This document shows positions 50,870-64,000 of a stretch of DNA of 64,000 bases, piece by piece; position 1 is the stretch's first letter; each line of letters opens with the position of its first letter. The notes under the pieces were generated by a model. That model searched no databases, had not been told where the DNA came from, and saw only the letters and a list, made by a program, of their open reading frames with translations. Both the position numbers and the translations under genes were made by a program. Source of the stretch: Macrostomum lignano (Eukaryota); contig NIVC01001426.1 in the NCBI GenBank assembly GCA_002269645.1, forward strand, positions 62,001 to 126,000, read 5' to 3'.

Positions 50870-53569
50870 TTGTGGCTTAGATTATAGTATTTTATCAAAA
50901 ATATAAGATCCAACTAACAATCCTATTAAAAATTAAAATCCCTTATGATAGTGTCATAACTATTCTCTATTATAAATTATTATTTAGAGATTCAGGTCCT
51001 AGGTTTTTACTTTTTAGAATTGGATAGCAAATTAGAAATATGGCATATGCACATTACAATGTTATTTTTTGGCATAATGGCATATAGTTTTACAAGTTAG
51101 ACATGTGAAAACCTTTTTAATTTCTAGTAAAAAGCTCTTAGAAACTCTAGTATATATTAAATTTTTTTCAAAAAAAAATAATTTTTGAATGTGAAGATTA
51201 AATAGGTTTATAATCTTATTTAGTATACTCGTATTTAGATTTATCTTCAACTCCAAGTTTAAGACTAGAATTATTATATATTAACATATTTAATATTAAA
51301 AACTCTATATTGATAAGTCTATAGAGAACCCTTTTTGTCTAATATCTTGATACTGATAAATTCTTTAAAGATGTACTACTTAAGTTAATGTATCTTTTTA
51401 ACTAAAAGTCAATTTGAATAGTATAATAAACATTATGATAATTTAATAGTTATAAATATAATACTTTAATATACTTTAGGCTATTTAGTATACCACAAAT
51501 TAATAATATGCCATATTGACAATATATTGTTGCAGTAATATTATAGCCTTCACTTAACTATTATATCAAGCCTATGTTTAAAATTAGCAATCATAATAAC
51601 TGTATACTAAGTTTATTTTTTGTATGATAGGGATATTATAGTATCTTGACTTTTAATATTGCATCATCAAATAAGACTTTAATTGAAATTTTGCCTCCTA
51701 GCACAAGCAAAAAGCCTAGGCAAAGTTTTTAATATACCATTAATAATATACAATATCTTGACTTTCCAAATTACATTTTGAAATTAGACATCCAATGCAA
51801 TTTTGTGTCTTAGTGCTAGTGAAAAAAACTTAGGCTGTAGACTTTGTTTATTAATTTTAATGAAAGAAAATAAAACTCTAATTTGCTTTTGTATAAGTGA
51901 AGTGACATGAGTCAAATCACTTTAAAGTTCATATATATATATTGCAATGTATAAGCCAAGTTATGATTTAGATACAAATTGTACTGTTGCTATAAGGGCT
52001 ATCAGAAAAGTTCTGCTTATTGATTCATCACTATTTCATTCATTCTTCATTCATTCAGCCTCAATTTTCTGCTTTGGCTATTAAACCAAAGTAGCAAGCT
52101 TTCAGAGTTAGCACCATTGCATATCTTCATTGTAGAACAAGTTTACAATTTTTCCTAAACTGAAATGATACAAGAATTAATACTTAGTTCAATGCCATTT
52201 AGGCAGGTAAATTGGTGTATTGATGAATAGTTGTGTATCAAATTTCAAGTCATTCTTATTAAGCTATTTTTGAATCAGCAAAATGTTTGTGCTTTACCAC
52301 ATTTCTCTTAGCCTTGTATAATTAAAATGACTTTAAATTCTTAATGACATATCCATCTAAGATACTGGTATGTCTGCATATGCAAGGGATTTGCAATATG
52401 ACTTATAGTTTAGTTGCATGAGTGAGTAGATGCAATGAACTTAGGCTACTATAGTGACTCCAAATAAAGGTGTAGAATTAAGTCTATTATATCAAAGTAA
52501 AAGTTCAATGCAATTTTGACCACTCAATTTTGTCTAAACCCTGGGATCTAATCCTTAATATTTCTATTTTTATCTTTACTATAAGCTAAGACATGACTAG
52601 AGGTAGGATAGGATCTCAATCCTAAAATTTTGGATGCTAGCAACAATTTACATTTGTCTATGTATGACATTTGTTCATCATTTATAATGAAGCAATATAT
52701 TTGTATTTTAGTTATGGGAATGTAGCAATTGATATAATGGTTTTGCATCTAATTTTAACTTTGAAAGATTTTAGAGCCTTGAAATCAGACATCAGAATTT
52801 CATAGGTTTTGTATTGTCACAGTTTTCTAATTGCTTTTTTGTAGCTTGTCTTTTATAGTTAAGATAAACTTATTGCTTGGATTGTCTAATTGCCCACATT
52901 TGACTGAATTAGCCTTGGTTTACAGTAAAGATTGTCATTCTTAACCTTCCCTGTCTTTATTTTAGGAGATTAGTATTTGAAATTCAGTCAGTTAGTAATC
53001 AGTACTCTCCCTCTAAATATTGCCTAACCTTCCTTTTTCTTCTTGTTGACCGTGGTCTATCCATGGAGATTAAAAACTTGATTATCCTGAGTTCAAGTTA
53101 ACCAAATTCTCTTAAATTAAAGGCACTATTAATCTATGCTCAATTTTTGGATAATGTCAAAACGATTAAACTGAGTTACAGTAGAAATGAATGAACTCCA
53201 AATGCTCGTTCTAGTCCTCCTTGGTCCTATCTTTTATAGGGCCGCTCTTTGATCGAGCGAGCCGCGACCAGGGCCATTGCGCAAGTGTTTTTCGATCACG
53301 TGGGTTGGGTGACGCCTCATGTGACGCCTCCTTGTCTGTTTCTTTCTGCGTCATTGCCTTCCAACTTTGTGGAACAGATGGCTCTGTAACCCCTTCTCCC
53401 CTCTCTATCGCGTTATGCCAAGTGATACAAGACACCATTCTCAGTTTGCCTTTGTCTAAGTCTAGATAATAGCATTTGGTCTGACAAGGTCTATACCAAA
53501 AGCGACTTTGTCTATGGAATTCAATGTCATTTCAGTTTTTATTTAGTCTTGTTTAGATTTTATTTTTTG

Positions 53570-54135
53570 GACCGCATATTAGCGCCCTGTATTTTCAAAA
53601 TGGCCCCTTTTTCAGAGCATAGTAGCACCCCTCCTACTCGTATATTGTAAATGGCGCCCATTTTCAGAACATAGTAGCACCCCCTATGTTGTAAATGGCG
53701 CCTATTTTCAAAACATCGTAGCACCCCCTATGTTGTAAATGGCGCCTATTTTCAAAACATAGTAGCGCCCCCTATGTTGTAAATGGCGCCCATTTTCAGA
53801 AAATAGTAGCGCCCCCTATGTTGTAAATGGCGCCCATTTTCAGAAAATAGTAGCGCCCCCTATGTTGTAAATGGCGCCCATTTTCAGAAAATAGTAGCGC
53901 CTACTATGTTGTAAATGGCGCCCATTTTCAGAACATAGTAGCGCCTACTATGTTGTAAATGGCGCCCATTTTTGGAGCATTTAGTAGCGCCTACTATGTT
54001 GTAAATGGCGCCCATTTTTGGAGCATTTAGTAGCGCCTACTATGTTGTAAATGGCGCCCATTTTTGGAGCATTTAGTAGCGCCTACTATGTTGTAAATGG
54101 CGCCCATTTTCGGAGCATAGTAGCGCCCGTGTGTT
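53570..54135. repeat. 44-bp minisatellite
   Basis: Unit ATGTTGTAAATGGCGCCCATTTTCAGAAAATAGTAGCGCCCCCT. Confidence 0.92.
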
Positions 54136-56339
54136 GTAAATCGCAACATTTACAACCTTGAACCCTTTTCAGTCTAATGGTTCCTGGTGCGGAAACCTTT
54201 AACTAAACCAACCATTGCAACAAATTGTACGCATTAGCAATATTTGAAAGGGCTATTTTTAAAGGGTATAGGGAAAGTTTTTTAGGGCAAGACAAAAAGG
54301 AATCCAGCCTAGAAGATTATAGCAAGGGTGATGATTTTGCCTTGGGATTTGGGATTTGGTAGTCAGCCAGCCTATCCGATCGTCCGTGCAATTATTGGGC
54401 AAGTAATTTCTTTGCAGCATCTCTTCATTCCTCAAGTCAGTGCAACCCTAAAAGCCGGCTTCCCTGTATTTCCCAAACTGCACCCACCTCACTCTCTCTC
54501 CATCTCTTATTCACTCTTTCTCTTGGTCCTTTAGTTTTGCAGCGTAAATGTAGTCGGTCGTGTGTATGTGTGCGCGGGTATTATTGGTAAAAAGAGAGTG
54601 GGAGAGACGGTCTGTGGGACGAGAGGAGAAATGGAAGTAGATGCCTTTTGAATCTATTAGCATATAAGGGGTGGTTTAGGGTTTGGGGATTTTTCGCGCT
54701 GGGGTTGCTTTTGGGCAGATCGGGTTGGGGGAGAGAAAGAGAGGCTTTGAAAGGAGAGGAACAGAAACTGATGACTGGGTGAGTGTTGGATGGCTTAACT
54801 TATATTCTCTCTTCTTCTTTCAGGCTTGACAGAATCTCTATCCTCCATTTACTCCACAAGCGTCATGTCTGCGGATCCTTCCTTCCCTTGCGTTGTGAGC
54901 CGAGTGGTTTTTTCGTCCCCCGTTATTTATGCCTGGATGCCTGTATCCAGGGTTAGCATTGAGATTGGGAGTTTGGGGAGCACTGTGCCCCGGGCCCCAG
55001 TGACATTTGGGAGTTTTGTTTACCTGCAATTGAGGGAGCGATACAGAGACGGTCAGAAACTATTCGATTTGTGAAGTTTTGACTAATAGGTACATTATTA
55101 GGCGGTATATTAATTTTTTGGTTTATTGTTTTTTTCTTGGTTAGAGTGTAAAAAGATGGCTGGGGAAAGTAAGGGGGACGAGGGCAATAGCGAGTGAGCA
55201 GTGGATTGGATACGCAAAAAATGAATGGAGAGGAGCGAGAGAAGAGAGACGGTAGCAAGCTTCATTGGCCTCTGGCTGAGTCGGCGGTGGGTAAGGGCAA
55301 GAAAAAAGGCTTTGAACGGCTTGGAGAGCTCGGGGAGATTTCTGGGAACTAGCTATGGTTAGACAGAAAGAAAGAGTTAAGCGTATCTTGCTAGAGAGCG
55401 AGAGAGAAGAGCGGGGAGGGCACAGGTCTGGCTGTGTGTGCAGTTGTGTGCGTGTGGACTGTAAAGGGTTAGGATGGTGTTGGGATTCGACATAGAGAAG
55501 CTGGGGGAGAGAAGTGGAACACACAAGACTCGGCCTGGTCTGTGGGAGAGAGATGAAGGAGGGCTTCACTCCGGTTGTATTAATAATGCGGAGAGGGATA
55601 GAGATTAGAAACATAGGCTAGTGGCTAATGGTGTTTATATATGGGGGATGACCAACCCCCAAGGCACAGGGAGTGTACATGCCTGAAAATTAGAAAGTCA
55701 ACAAAGCCTCTGTACGCGGTGGGAGCGTGTGTGTTATGAGTGTTATACAAGTTAAATTTTTCTTGCCATCTCTCCTGACACCATGCCAATCAGAAAATAC
55801 ACAGTGAAGCATTTTCTTTCCTAACCACTAATAAAATTCGTTGCTTTACCACTTAACTAGCTCATTCTTTGAAGAAAAAAGCTGTACACTTGAAATATGT
55901 ATATCGTCTGTCCCAGTATCTCTCTCTCTCTCTCTCTCTCGTCTTAATTCCATTCTCAGTCAAATACGTCACTCCTACTTCTGTATCTGTCGCTCTCGCA
56001 AAATACCAACTGTGTTCATTGCTTAGTTTAGTGGGTTAGGCAAGCTTTAATGCTTAATTTTGGTTAACAAAACTAAAGTGGAATGTTTTTTACTGTCCAG
56101 TTGTTCTGTGCTGCAGCACTACAGCACAATAGCTCTATTCATGTGGAAATTCGTTGCATTTTTGGTGTGAAAATTTTTCTGTTTAACAAGGTTTTGAGCT
56201 TGTAAAATGAGATGAGGTTATTAATAAGAAGGATGAGCAGAAATGATAGAAAACAGAACCGGTTGAGTAAAGGGAACAGAAAGGGAAGAGAAACGGAAGA
56301 GAAATGAAAGAGAAACAGAAGAGAAAGGGAAGAGACCGT

Positions 56340-56590
56340 AGAGAGAAGGCAGAGAAACGGCAGAGAAAGGCAAGAGAAACGGCAAAGAAAGGCAAGAGAA
56401 ACGCGGCAGAGAAAGGCAAGAGAAACGCGGCAGAGAAAGGCAAGAGAAACGCGGCAGAGAAAGGCAAGAGAAACGCGGCAGAGAAAGGCAAGAGAAACGC
56501 GGCAGAGAAAGGCAAGAGAAACGGCAGAGAAAGGCTAGATAAACGCGGCAGAGAAAGGCTAGAAAAGGCAGAAAAAGGCAAGAGAAGCGG
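56340..56590. repeat. 24-bp purine-rich minisatellite
   Basis: Unit GAGAAACGCGGCAGAGAAAGGCAA. Confidence 0.85.
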
Positions 56591-57354
56591 CATAGAATAC
56601 CAACGCAGTTAAAATTCAATGTTAAATGCCAGCAGTGTCTAGCGATGCTAGGTGCATAGGCAGCACTTGTGTGCGAATGCCCAATAAGTTAAAACACTTC
56701 AGGCTTCCAGCCCTTTTCCCGCTGCATCCCTGGCTTTCCTATTTGGCCCTAGAGAGACGCGCACCAAAGTTTGTACGAGTATGTAGTGAAAGATTTGCAG
56801 CTGATGCGCGCACATAGCATTAGCAATATATACAATATATATGCATACGTTCCACCGCTGCACCAACACCAGCCCAATAGCAAATTCTTTTTTTGGAATG
56901 CCGAAATTTACTTCTAGAAGTGGCGTGCATCTCCACTTTCTTGCATTGGGGTCTGTTGCCCTCCCTAGCTGAGTATATTAATGCGCTTTTCCTTTACAGA
57001 GATTTCTATATTTTTTCAGCTTTTAGCTACGTCTACTAAGATAGAAACTTGGGGAAGGGTTTTTTCGGTCAACGGTTTGTTTTCCGACATCTGATGGGTG
57101 CATGTGTGTTCGAGAGGATGGCAGCCGGTCTGACACAGTTATAATAATAATCGTGTGTTTGGCAGCTTTTTCCTGCTTCCAGTAGCAGTGCATTTATATA
57201 ATATGATAATGTATTTTCCCTTGTGTACATTTATCTTTCATTTAGCCTTGCTGCAATAACACTTCCAAGTTATTCTGAATTGAAGCTTAAACTTACAAGC
57301 TAGTATAGTTCTTCTAGTTCACTGATGAATGATAACTAATATAAATAGGCAAAA

Positions 57355-58860
<1,506 letters not shown>

Positions 58861-59051
58861 ACGCTTTTAAGTTACAACTATCGCATAAATAACATAAACT
58901 TGAATTCTCAGTATGCACAAGTCCTAATAATATTACTGGTAGTAGACTGATATTGGATTAAAAACACAACAAAACACAAACTCACCCGGCTAATGAAATC
59001 ATTACTACTCCAGAGAGTCGCAAACGGGCAGTCAGCAGCCATCCTACAGTG

Positions 59052-62000
59052 ATGGATCAGTCCAATGGCGGGCCATTATCCAATGGGCCAATGTCCAACG
59101 GCCCAATGTCCAATGGTCCAATGTCCAACATGTCGGCCAATTTATCCGAGAACGGTTTCGGCCAGAGAAATCGTCGCCTAGAAGACTGGCAGCTGCCTAC
59201 TATATTGTATTTCTTAGCCTTCCATAAGAAACGGTTTCGATTTCCAAGAATCCGGCTCACGGATTTGGAGCGGGTGCTGGACAACCCGGATGCTGGCGTG
59301 CTGAGAGACATTCTGGCCAGGATATTGCGAGTCATGCGAGGCGGAGATCCAAATGTGACAATGCAGAATGCTGAGCAGCAGCTGGCGTTGTACTTTCAGG
59401 TGAGTGTCTAGCTGGATACTTTGATCATTATTTACCTGCTTATTTTTCCTGAAAATTTAAATGTTTTAGTTTTACAACGCCATTTTTAGAAGTAAAGTTA
59501 TTCTATTAGTATAAGTGCCATTTCTAGGAGTAAAGTGCCATTTCTAGGGATATAGTGCCATTTCTAGGAGTATAGTGCCATTTCTATTGATATAGTGCCA
59601 TTTCTATTGATATAGTGCCATTTCTAGGGATATAGTGCCATTCCTAGGTATATAATGCCATTCCTAGGGATATAGTGCCATTTCTAGAGATATAGTGCCA
59701 TTTCTAGGAGTATACTGCCATTTCTAGGAGTATAGTGCCATTTCTAGGAGTATAGTGCCATTTCTAGAGATATAGTGCCATTTCTAGGAGTATACTGCCA
59801 TTTCTAGGAGTATAGTGCCATTTCTAGGAATATAGAATATGGTGCCATTTAAAGGAGTATAGTGCTATTCCTAGGGATATAGTGGCATTTCTAGGAGTAT
59901 ACTGCCATTTCTAGGAGTATACTGCCATTTCTAGGAGTATAGTGCCATTTCTAAGAGTATAGTGCCATTTCTGTTAGTATAGTTGGCATTTCTAGGACTA
60001 TAAGTGCCATTTCTATGGGTTATAGTGCCCTTTCTAGGAATATAGTGTCATTATTTAATTCCTGCACAACATTTCCAACATCGAATTCAAAGCCTTCCTC
60101 TGCCGCATCATTTCTAGGAAAAGCGACCGCAAATTGCCAAGCAGCTATCAGCTAGTAAACTGGACGATCTGGGCTTTGAGTCGAAAACCCGCCTATTGAA
60201 AAAGGTGATTGATTATTTAAACGACGACCTGATCCCTAACTGGGAGATGGAGATGCGCTACGACTCTCAACAGCAGGACGATTGCGGCGCTATCAATTGC
60301 GGCGCCGATCGCAGAAATCGGCGCCACTTCTATTTGGACGATCACCGATTGTATCGGCAGAGATTCGACTTAGATGACAGCATCGGCGGAGGCGGAGGCG
60401 GCTCCAGTGGCGGCCCCTGCAGCGTCGGAAGCGTCGGCAGTGGCTGCGGCGGCGGCGCCAGCCCACCGGCGTCTCAGCAGGCCTACGAGATGGTTGTCGG
60501 ACCCTGCGCTGAGGATTGGGAAAAGTTCACCAACGATATGCTGGCCTCCAAGAATGAGAACGAGCGCGATCTGGGCGGTTTCCTGCAGGTTGGTTGGATG
60601 CTGACTGAAGGAGGCTCTGAATTCCTCTGGGAATAGCCTCTTAATTCCCCTGAGAATAGCCTCTGAATTCCCCTGAGAATAGCCTCTTATCTCCTCTGAG
60701 AATAGCCTCTTATCTCCTCTGAGAATAGCCTCTTAACTCCTCTGAGAATAGCCTCTTATCTCCTCTGAGAATAGCCTCTTAACTCCCCTGAGAATAGCCT
60801 CTTATCTCCTCTGAGAATAGCCTCTTATCTCCTCTGAGAATAGCCTCTTAACTCCCCTGAGAATAGCCTCTTATCTCCTCTGAGAATAGCCTCTTATCTC
60901 CTCTGAGAATAGCCTCTTAACTCCCCTGAGAATAGCCTCTTAATTTCCCTGAGAATACGCTCTCAATTCCACTGCGAATAGGCTCTTAATTCCCCTGAGA
61001 AAAGGCTCTTAATTCCCCTGAGAAAAGGCTCTTAATTCCCCTGAGAAAAGGCTCTGAATTGCCCTGAGAATAGCTTATGAATTCCACTGAGAATAGGCTC
61101 TTAATTGCCCTGAGAATAGCTTCTGAATTGCCCTAAAAATAGCTTCTGAATTCCCCTGAGAATAGGCTCTGAATTCCCCTGAGAATAGGCTCTGGATTCC
61201 CCTGAGAATAGGCTCTTAATTGCCCTAAGAAAAGCCTCCTAATTCCCCCTGAGAATGGCCCCGAAGCAATCTAATGCTCCTCAAAGTACTGCCTCCAATC
61301 CACTGCTTACAGGGCTTCCTCCTAGACGTCGTGGTCCCCGACCTGCGCCAGGGCAGCCACATGCTCGGCAACGAGGAGCTCCTGCCCGACTGCCTGCAGC
61401 GCATGGAGCGGCTGCACTGTCGGGAACTTCGCAAAGCCCGCAACGAGCCCGTGCCACCTGAGGAGGAAGCCGAGGCTGAAGCCGCCGCCGCCGAAGCTGC
61501 CGCCGCCGCTGGCCTCGAGGACGAGCAGCAGAATCCGCCTCAGCTGCAGCATCACGAGTTGCAGCAGCAGCATCATCATTATCAACAGCCGCAGCAGCCG
61601 CACAGCTGCCCGCCAGCGCAGAATAATTTCAACAGCGGCGGCGCGCAGATCGGCGGCCCAAGAAGCGTCGGCTATCAGCCCGGTGGTTCAACTCCGCACA
61701 CGCCGACTTCGATTACTCCTGCAGCATCTTTAGCTTCGTCTGTCAATACTTCTGTTGCTGCCGCAGCTGCTCCGTCAACTCCTGTATCCGCTTCTGCGGG
61801 ATCTTATCAGCAGCAACAGAATTCTTTGTCGGCGTCTTCTGCTCCGCCTGCAACGGCTTCAATGTCTGCGCCAGCTTCTGTTGGCGGCTGTGCAGCTGCT
61901 CAGGTGCAACAGCAGCAGGCACTGATGCGCGATGCTAGGGTGAGATTTTTTGCGTTCATTCAAAATCTAGGGTGAGATTTTTTGTGTGCATTCAAAATCT

Positions 62001-63740
62001 AAGGTGAGATTTTTTGTGTGCATTCAAAATCTAGGGTGATATTTTTTGTGTGCATTCAAAATGTAGGGTGAGATTTTTTGCGTGCATTCAAAATCTAGAG
62101 TGAGATTTTTTGCGTGCATTCAAAGTCTAGGGTGAGATTTTTTGCGTGCATTCAAAATCTAGGGTGAGATTTTTTGCGTGCATTCAAAGTCTAGGGTGAG
62201 ATTTTTGCGCGCCTTCAAAATCTAGGTTGAGATTTTTTGCGTGCATTCAAAATCTAGGGTGAGATTTTCAGAAAGATTCCAAATCTGGTGTGATATTTTC
62301 AAAATATTCAAAATCTAGGGTGAGATTTTCAAAAAGATTTAAAATTTCAAATCGATTCGAAATCTAGGGTAAGATTTGCGCAAGTCAGACTGATGATCAT
62401 TTTAGTGAAATTTTTAAGTAAGAACTACACGCTAGTAATCCTAATCATTTATTTTCCAGCACCCAATGTCGCCGATGTACAATCAGCACTATCATCAGCA
62501 GCAGCTTCCCTATCAGCAGCATCACCAGACTCTTCATCATCAACAATATCCCGATTATTATTCGCAACAATCTGTCAGCTGTTATCCGGGTTCGCGTTCG
62601 GACTTACCAGATCTGTCGCAGCAGTTCGGCCCCAGCGATTGCGTGAGTCATTATCACTGTTTCTAAGAAAGGGGATTGTACACCTTGTATGAGCGCAGAG
62701 AACGCTTGATTAGCTACTGAAGCAAAGAAAGAGTAGTAAGATAAGCGCATTCCAGAAAAATCAATGGCTCGCTAATTCACTGATTTTCCGCAGTTCGCTC
62801 CGGCTTCGAATACTCGGCCATCGTATCCTCATCAGCCAGCCACCTGTCAGGCGCTTCATCCTCAGCATCACCAGTCGAGCCCGCAGCTGTACTACCCCAA
62901 CCCCAGCGGCGCGCCCGCAGTTCGAGTCTTCACCAGTCACATGGCCAACGATTGCGCCCGCCAGTGCCTGAGCTCGCCAAGTTTAAAGCCGGACAAATGG
63001 CATCAGGCCTGCGTTGAACGAATGACGTCGCAGCAGCAGGCGCCGGCAGTTACGCCTGAACAGTTGCGCAAGCGGGAAGAGAAAATTCAACGAATCAAAC
63101 AGATTGGCCAGTCTGTTGGCCTGTCAGCCGCTGCCGCTGCTGTTGAACAGCCGCCACCGCCGCCCCCTCATTCAGCGGTGTCCTCTGCTGTCCAGTCTGG
63201 AGCGGCGGCCGCAGCGGCAGCGGCAGCGGTGGCAGCGGCTGGGCTGCCGCCGCCTCACAGCGCAGACCAGGCCAGGGCCCAGCAGCAGTGGAAAGACATG
63301 GTCAGGCAGCACTATATGGATAATCCTTATTTAGCTGCCACTTATCAGCAGCATCAGCAGCCGCAGTTCATGCAGCCGCCGCCCACGGCTATGATGCCGC
63401 CACCGCCTCATCATCAGCATCCTCAGCCTCATCAGATGCAGCATCCTAATTCAGCAGCAGCAGCAGCAGCCGCTGCAGCCGCTGCAGCCGCCGCGACAGC
63501 AAACTCTTCTTCCGGTAGCAACAAGCAACAGCCAGCGGCAGCTAAACGGCCCTATAATAACAATAGTAATAATAATAATATGACTAATAACAGCGGTAGC
63601 AATGCACAGCAGATGTACCCAGGCTATCACCAGCCGTATCAGCACCATCAGCAGAGGATGCTGGCTCCGCCTGGTCATCAACCTGCTCAATATGATGCTG
63701 AGCCGATGATGATGATGTACAACCCTCCGCCACCACCACC

Positions 63741-63771
<31 letters not shown>

Positions 63772-64000
63772 GCTGCCCAGCTTCCTCCTCCCGTCCCGCC
63801 GCCGCCTCCGCCTCCGGCAGCGCCGCCAGCTGTCAAGACGACAAAGCGACGCAAAAAGGAGCCGCAGGTGCCACAGCAGCCTCCGCAGTCAGTTGAGCAG
63901 CCGCCACCGCAGCCGCCATCTGTGGTGTCTGAGCCCTGCAAACTGCCTGCCGAGTCCATGCCGCCCTTCGATCACCCGAACCCGCCGCCCCCGCAGCAGC
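59052..64000 (+). CDS. BCL9-like: Chimeric chromatin/Wnt coactivator: CECR2-like DDT-WHIM1-WHIM2/3 fused to BCL9/Legless HD1-HD2-HD3; over 945 aa, incomplete at the 3' window edge
   Basis: Exons 59052-59399, 60118-60588, 61313-61939, 62460-62642, 62794->64000; four GT-AG phase-0 introns, no stop. DDT-like WQLPTILYFL..FRFP.I.L.DLE..L...D...L.DILA.IL; WHIM1-like LDDLGFESKTRLLKKVIDYL; WHIM2 CGADRRNRRHFYL...RLYRQ; WHIM3 EDWEKFTNDML.SKNENERDL..FL. HD1 VRVFTSHMANDCARQCL (62920), HD2 VTPEQLRKREEKIQRIKQI (63049), HD3 WKDMVRQHY (63289). Basic KRRKK at 63844. The last exon is absent from the ORF track, probably because its stop lies beyond the window. Confidence 0.78.
59510..60050. repeat. 20-bp minisatellite in intron 1 of the DDT/BCL9 gene
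   Basis: Unit TAGTGCCATTTCTAGGAGTA. Confidence 0.92.
60625..61255. repeat. 23-bp minisatellite in intron 2 of the DDT/BCL9 gene
   Basis: Unit CTGAGAATAGCCTCTTATCTCCT. Confidence 0.92.
61936..62372. repeat. 32-bp minisatellite in intron 3 of the DDT/BCL9 gene; unit contains the exon-intron junction
   Basis: Unit TAGGGTGAGATTTTTTGCGTGCATTCAAAATC begins at the real donor AGG|GTGAGA. Confidence 0.9.

Noticed and set aside
54540-55800. Several short ORFs in a purine-rich region
   Set aside because: No domain signature, no consistent splice chain and no terminal repeats found.
63955-63990. PPFDHPN as a Pygopus-type NPF motif
   Set aside because: Lacks the Asn and the flanking NHD consensus; lies in Pro-rich low-complexity sequence.

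Overview
This is eukaryotic (metazoan) genomic DNA in which compact GC-rich exons are separated by introns packed with minisatellites. The style suggests a free-living flatworm such as Macrostomum, but that is inference only. All gene models were built by hand from splice consensus and frame continuity, with no transcript evidence. Plus strand: (1) divergent Mps1/TTK-like kinase, 4.0-8.0 kb; (2) complete DHX36/RHAU helicase, 9.8-20.4 kb; (3) PXMP2 (Mpv17/PMP22 family), 22.8-26.2 kb; (4) from 59.05 kb to the window edge, one spliced ORF joining a CECR2-like DDT-WHIM1-WHIM2/3 module in frame to the HD1, HD2 and HD3 domains of BCL9/Legless. This is the most striking item. Minus strand: (5) a secreted micro-exon gene with two WSC domains, 27.9-34.4 kb, in which a 103-bp tandem repeat carries seven splice-competent 33-nt exons; (6) two tandem hnRNP A/B paralogs with near-identical RRM regions, 35.2-39.4 kb. 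The 39.5-59 kb interval has no recognisable host gene. It holds MITEs with 8-bp TSDs, a P-element-like THAP element, a Helitron nested in a hAT element, tRNA-derived SINEs and a 1.5-kb (GATA)n. Most long ORFs in the supplied track are artefacts of tandem repeats.
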